Made by a program: the position numbers and the translations under genes. DNA of 63,868 nt, counting the filler, from Choristocarpus tenellus KU-1152 (taxonomy: Eukaryota; Protista; Phaeophyceae): NCBI GenBank assembly GCA_964200185.2. It is 13 parts of 13 records of this genome, joined end to end, with 100 filler letters (N's around TTAATTAATTAA, not from the genome) between each part and the next. Parts side by side here need not be neighbours in the genome. Positions count along the whole stretch, not along the records: positions 61,134 to 63,868 come from CAXNAD020025200.1; 12 more parts are not named here. One strand, written 5' to 3'. How positions within the stretch are numbered: the stretch's first letter is position 1; the number at the start of each line of letters is the position of its first letter. The notes beneath the pieces are model-generated. The model searched no databases. It had not been told where the DNA came from and saw only the letters and a program-made list of their open reading frames with translations. Of the stretch, positions 62,413 through 63,868 are shown piece after piece.

Positions 62413-63868
62413 TTAGTCGGGTGGTATGTATGGTACGACTACTTTTGAGAAATAAATGATAAAACGGTATGGTGGACTAAGCTTACAACTGTAGTTAGTA
62501 GGTTTACATCTTATTGTTCAATTGGCCCATATTTTTCTAAGGATGAAGTTCTGAGTTTCACTTTTTGAGAGGGTTTAGTTCCCAACCCCCCCCCCCCCTT
62601 ACCTTTTTTTCTTTATCCTACTTGCCATCTCCCCTTTTTAAAAAACTTCATNNNNNNNNNNTTTTTTGAGTTGGGCATTTTTTTTTTGGGGGTGAAGTTT
62701 GGTGTTGCTCTTTTTGGGAGGGTTTAGTTGCCAACCCCCCCCCCCCCCCGATACATACTTTTTCATTTTGACTGTGGTTATCTCTGATGTTCTATTGGAA
62801 TTTGCGGGCTGTGTAATTTAGGGTCCTGTTTGTATCCCTCGAGTTTATTGTTCCTAAAAGAAATGCAGAGGAAGCAACCTTGTAGCTGTAGTCAAAAATC
62901 GATCCCTGTGCCAATTTCGGTGAAAGAATCGGGGAGATTCCCACTGAGCAGATATGACAACCGGAGTACCAGCGAATCAGGATGACAGTGTAAGGCGTGC
63001 TGCTGATATATTCGTACATGAGGATGATGGAATATTCAATTCTGATATATTCATATCGTCATTTTTTTTTACGACTAGTGATACTGTTCTGCCGACCCTA
63101 TCGCTTCTATATTCATTTTTCTGCAAGGAAGGCGTTGATGGAGCTCTGGAGTGCTACAGAGCACTACAATATATGGTTGTAGCCCTTTCAAGTTGTTCTG
63201 ATTGCTGTTTGAGGTGAAAGGAAATATATGTGTGTGTGTGTGTAATTATATGTATATAATGTACGAACTTGGACCCACTGTAGAGCTTTGTGCGTTCCGT
63301 GTACATTTCCCCAACTGTTGATTGGTTCATTGGTTGTTGTGGGAAGACCTGATTGGTGGAAAGGGGGAAAGGGGCAGTCAGAAGTGGAAGAGGGTGTGAA
63401 TGTTTTTTTTAATTGACTGTTCGGATCGTTGAGAAAAATCTCAATACTACTGTTGAGAAAAAGAAAAAGAAAAGGTATGTGCTCACTTCCGCGGTAATAA
63501 AGGGTATGGTGTGATGGTTAAATGAGGAGAATAGGTTTTGTTCCTCGTCGGATTGGAATGCTACACGTTCTGAGATGTGTCTGTTGGGCATCTATCTGAG
63601 TACAAGTCAATGTTGCCATGTGGGTGTATTGTGAGTGCATTCCCTCCTCTTTTAATACCGACAGGTTTGGTTGAGAATGACGCATGAAGGGTACACCCTA
63701 CTATTGTATTACATTTCACATTGTAGGGTTGCTGCAACTCTCTATTCTGATTCCAATCCATTCTTAGTGCCTTCATCTCCCTGAGAAAGTCCCATTCAGC
63801 ACCCCTACATTTATTTCTACATGAGCGAAATTCCCCCCCCCCCCCCCCCCCCCCCCACCCCCCCACCC

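Noticed and set aside
1-63868. Apparent cluster of RNA-processing, repair and metabolic genes (UTP4, XRCC3, SEN2, PK, MGD)
   Set aside because: The genes lie on different concatenated contigs, so their neighbourhood is artificial.

Overview
Intron-rich eukaryotic DNA, most likely a brown alga or close stramenopile. This is an inference from the gene set, the RTE LINE remnants and the short TTAGGG tracts. The window is not contiguous: it is 13 pieces joined by 12 artificial 100-bp linkers (N44-TTAATTAATTAA-N44), so adjacency across a linker means nothing. Manual splicing with consistent exon phases gives these genes: UTP4/cirhin (5' part), an EDR2 C-terminal/DUF1336 protein (complete), XRCC3 (3'-truncated), tRNA-splicing endonuclease SEN2 (complete), a DUF1479/Gig2/YbiU-family protein that has lost its HxD motif, two exons of an FtsH/AFG3-type AAA protease, pyruvate kinase with a mitochondrial-type presequence, a HRD1-like RING-H2 E3 ligase fragment, one MGDG synthase exon and a disrupted intronless ankyrin-repeat gene. 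Mobile DNA includes a Ty1/copia RT-RNaseH relic, RTE LINE 3' fragments, IS630/Tc1 and pogo-like transposase relics and several MITE families; one MITE has a 3-bp TSD confirmed by reading-frame restoration. The best novelty candidate is an unannotated spliced gene at 19019-22260 that appears to combine a ParB-like HTH, an intron-split PHD finger and a degenerate beta-class amino-methyltransferase-like region. That assignment rests on motif pattern only and needs profile searches. Also notable: 4 GC-AG donors among roughly 45 modelled donors, and telomere-repeat units inside MITE terminal repeats.
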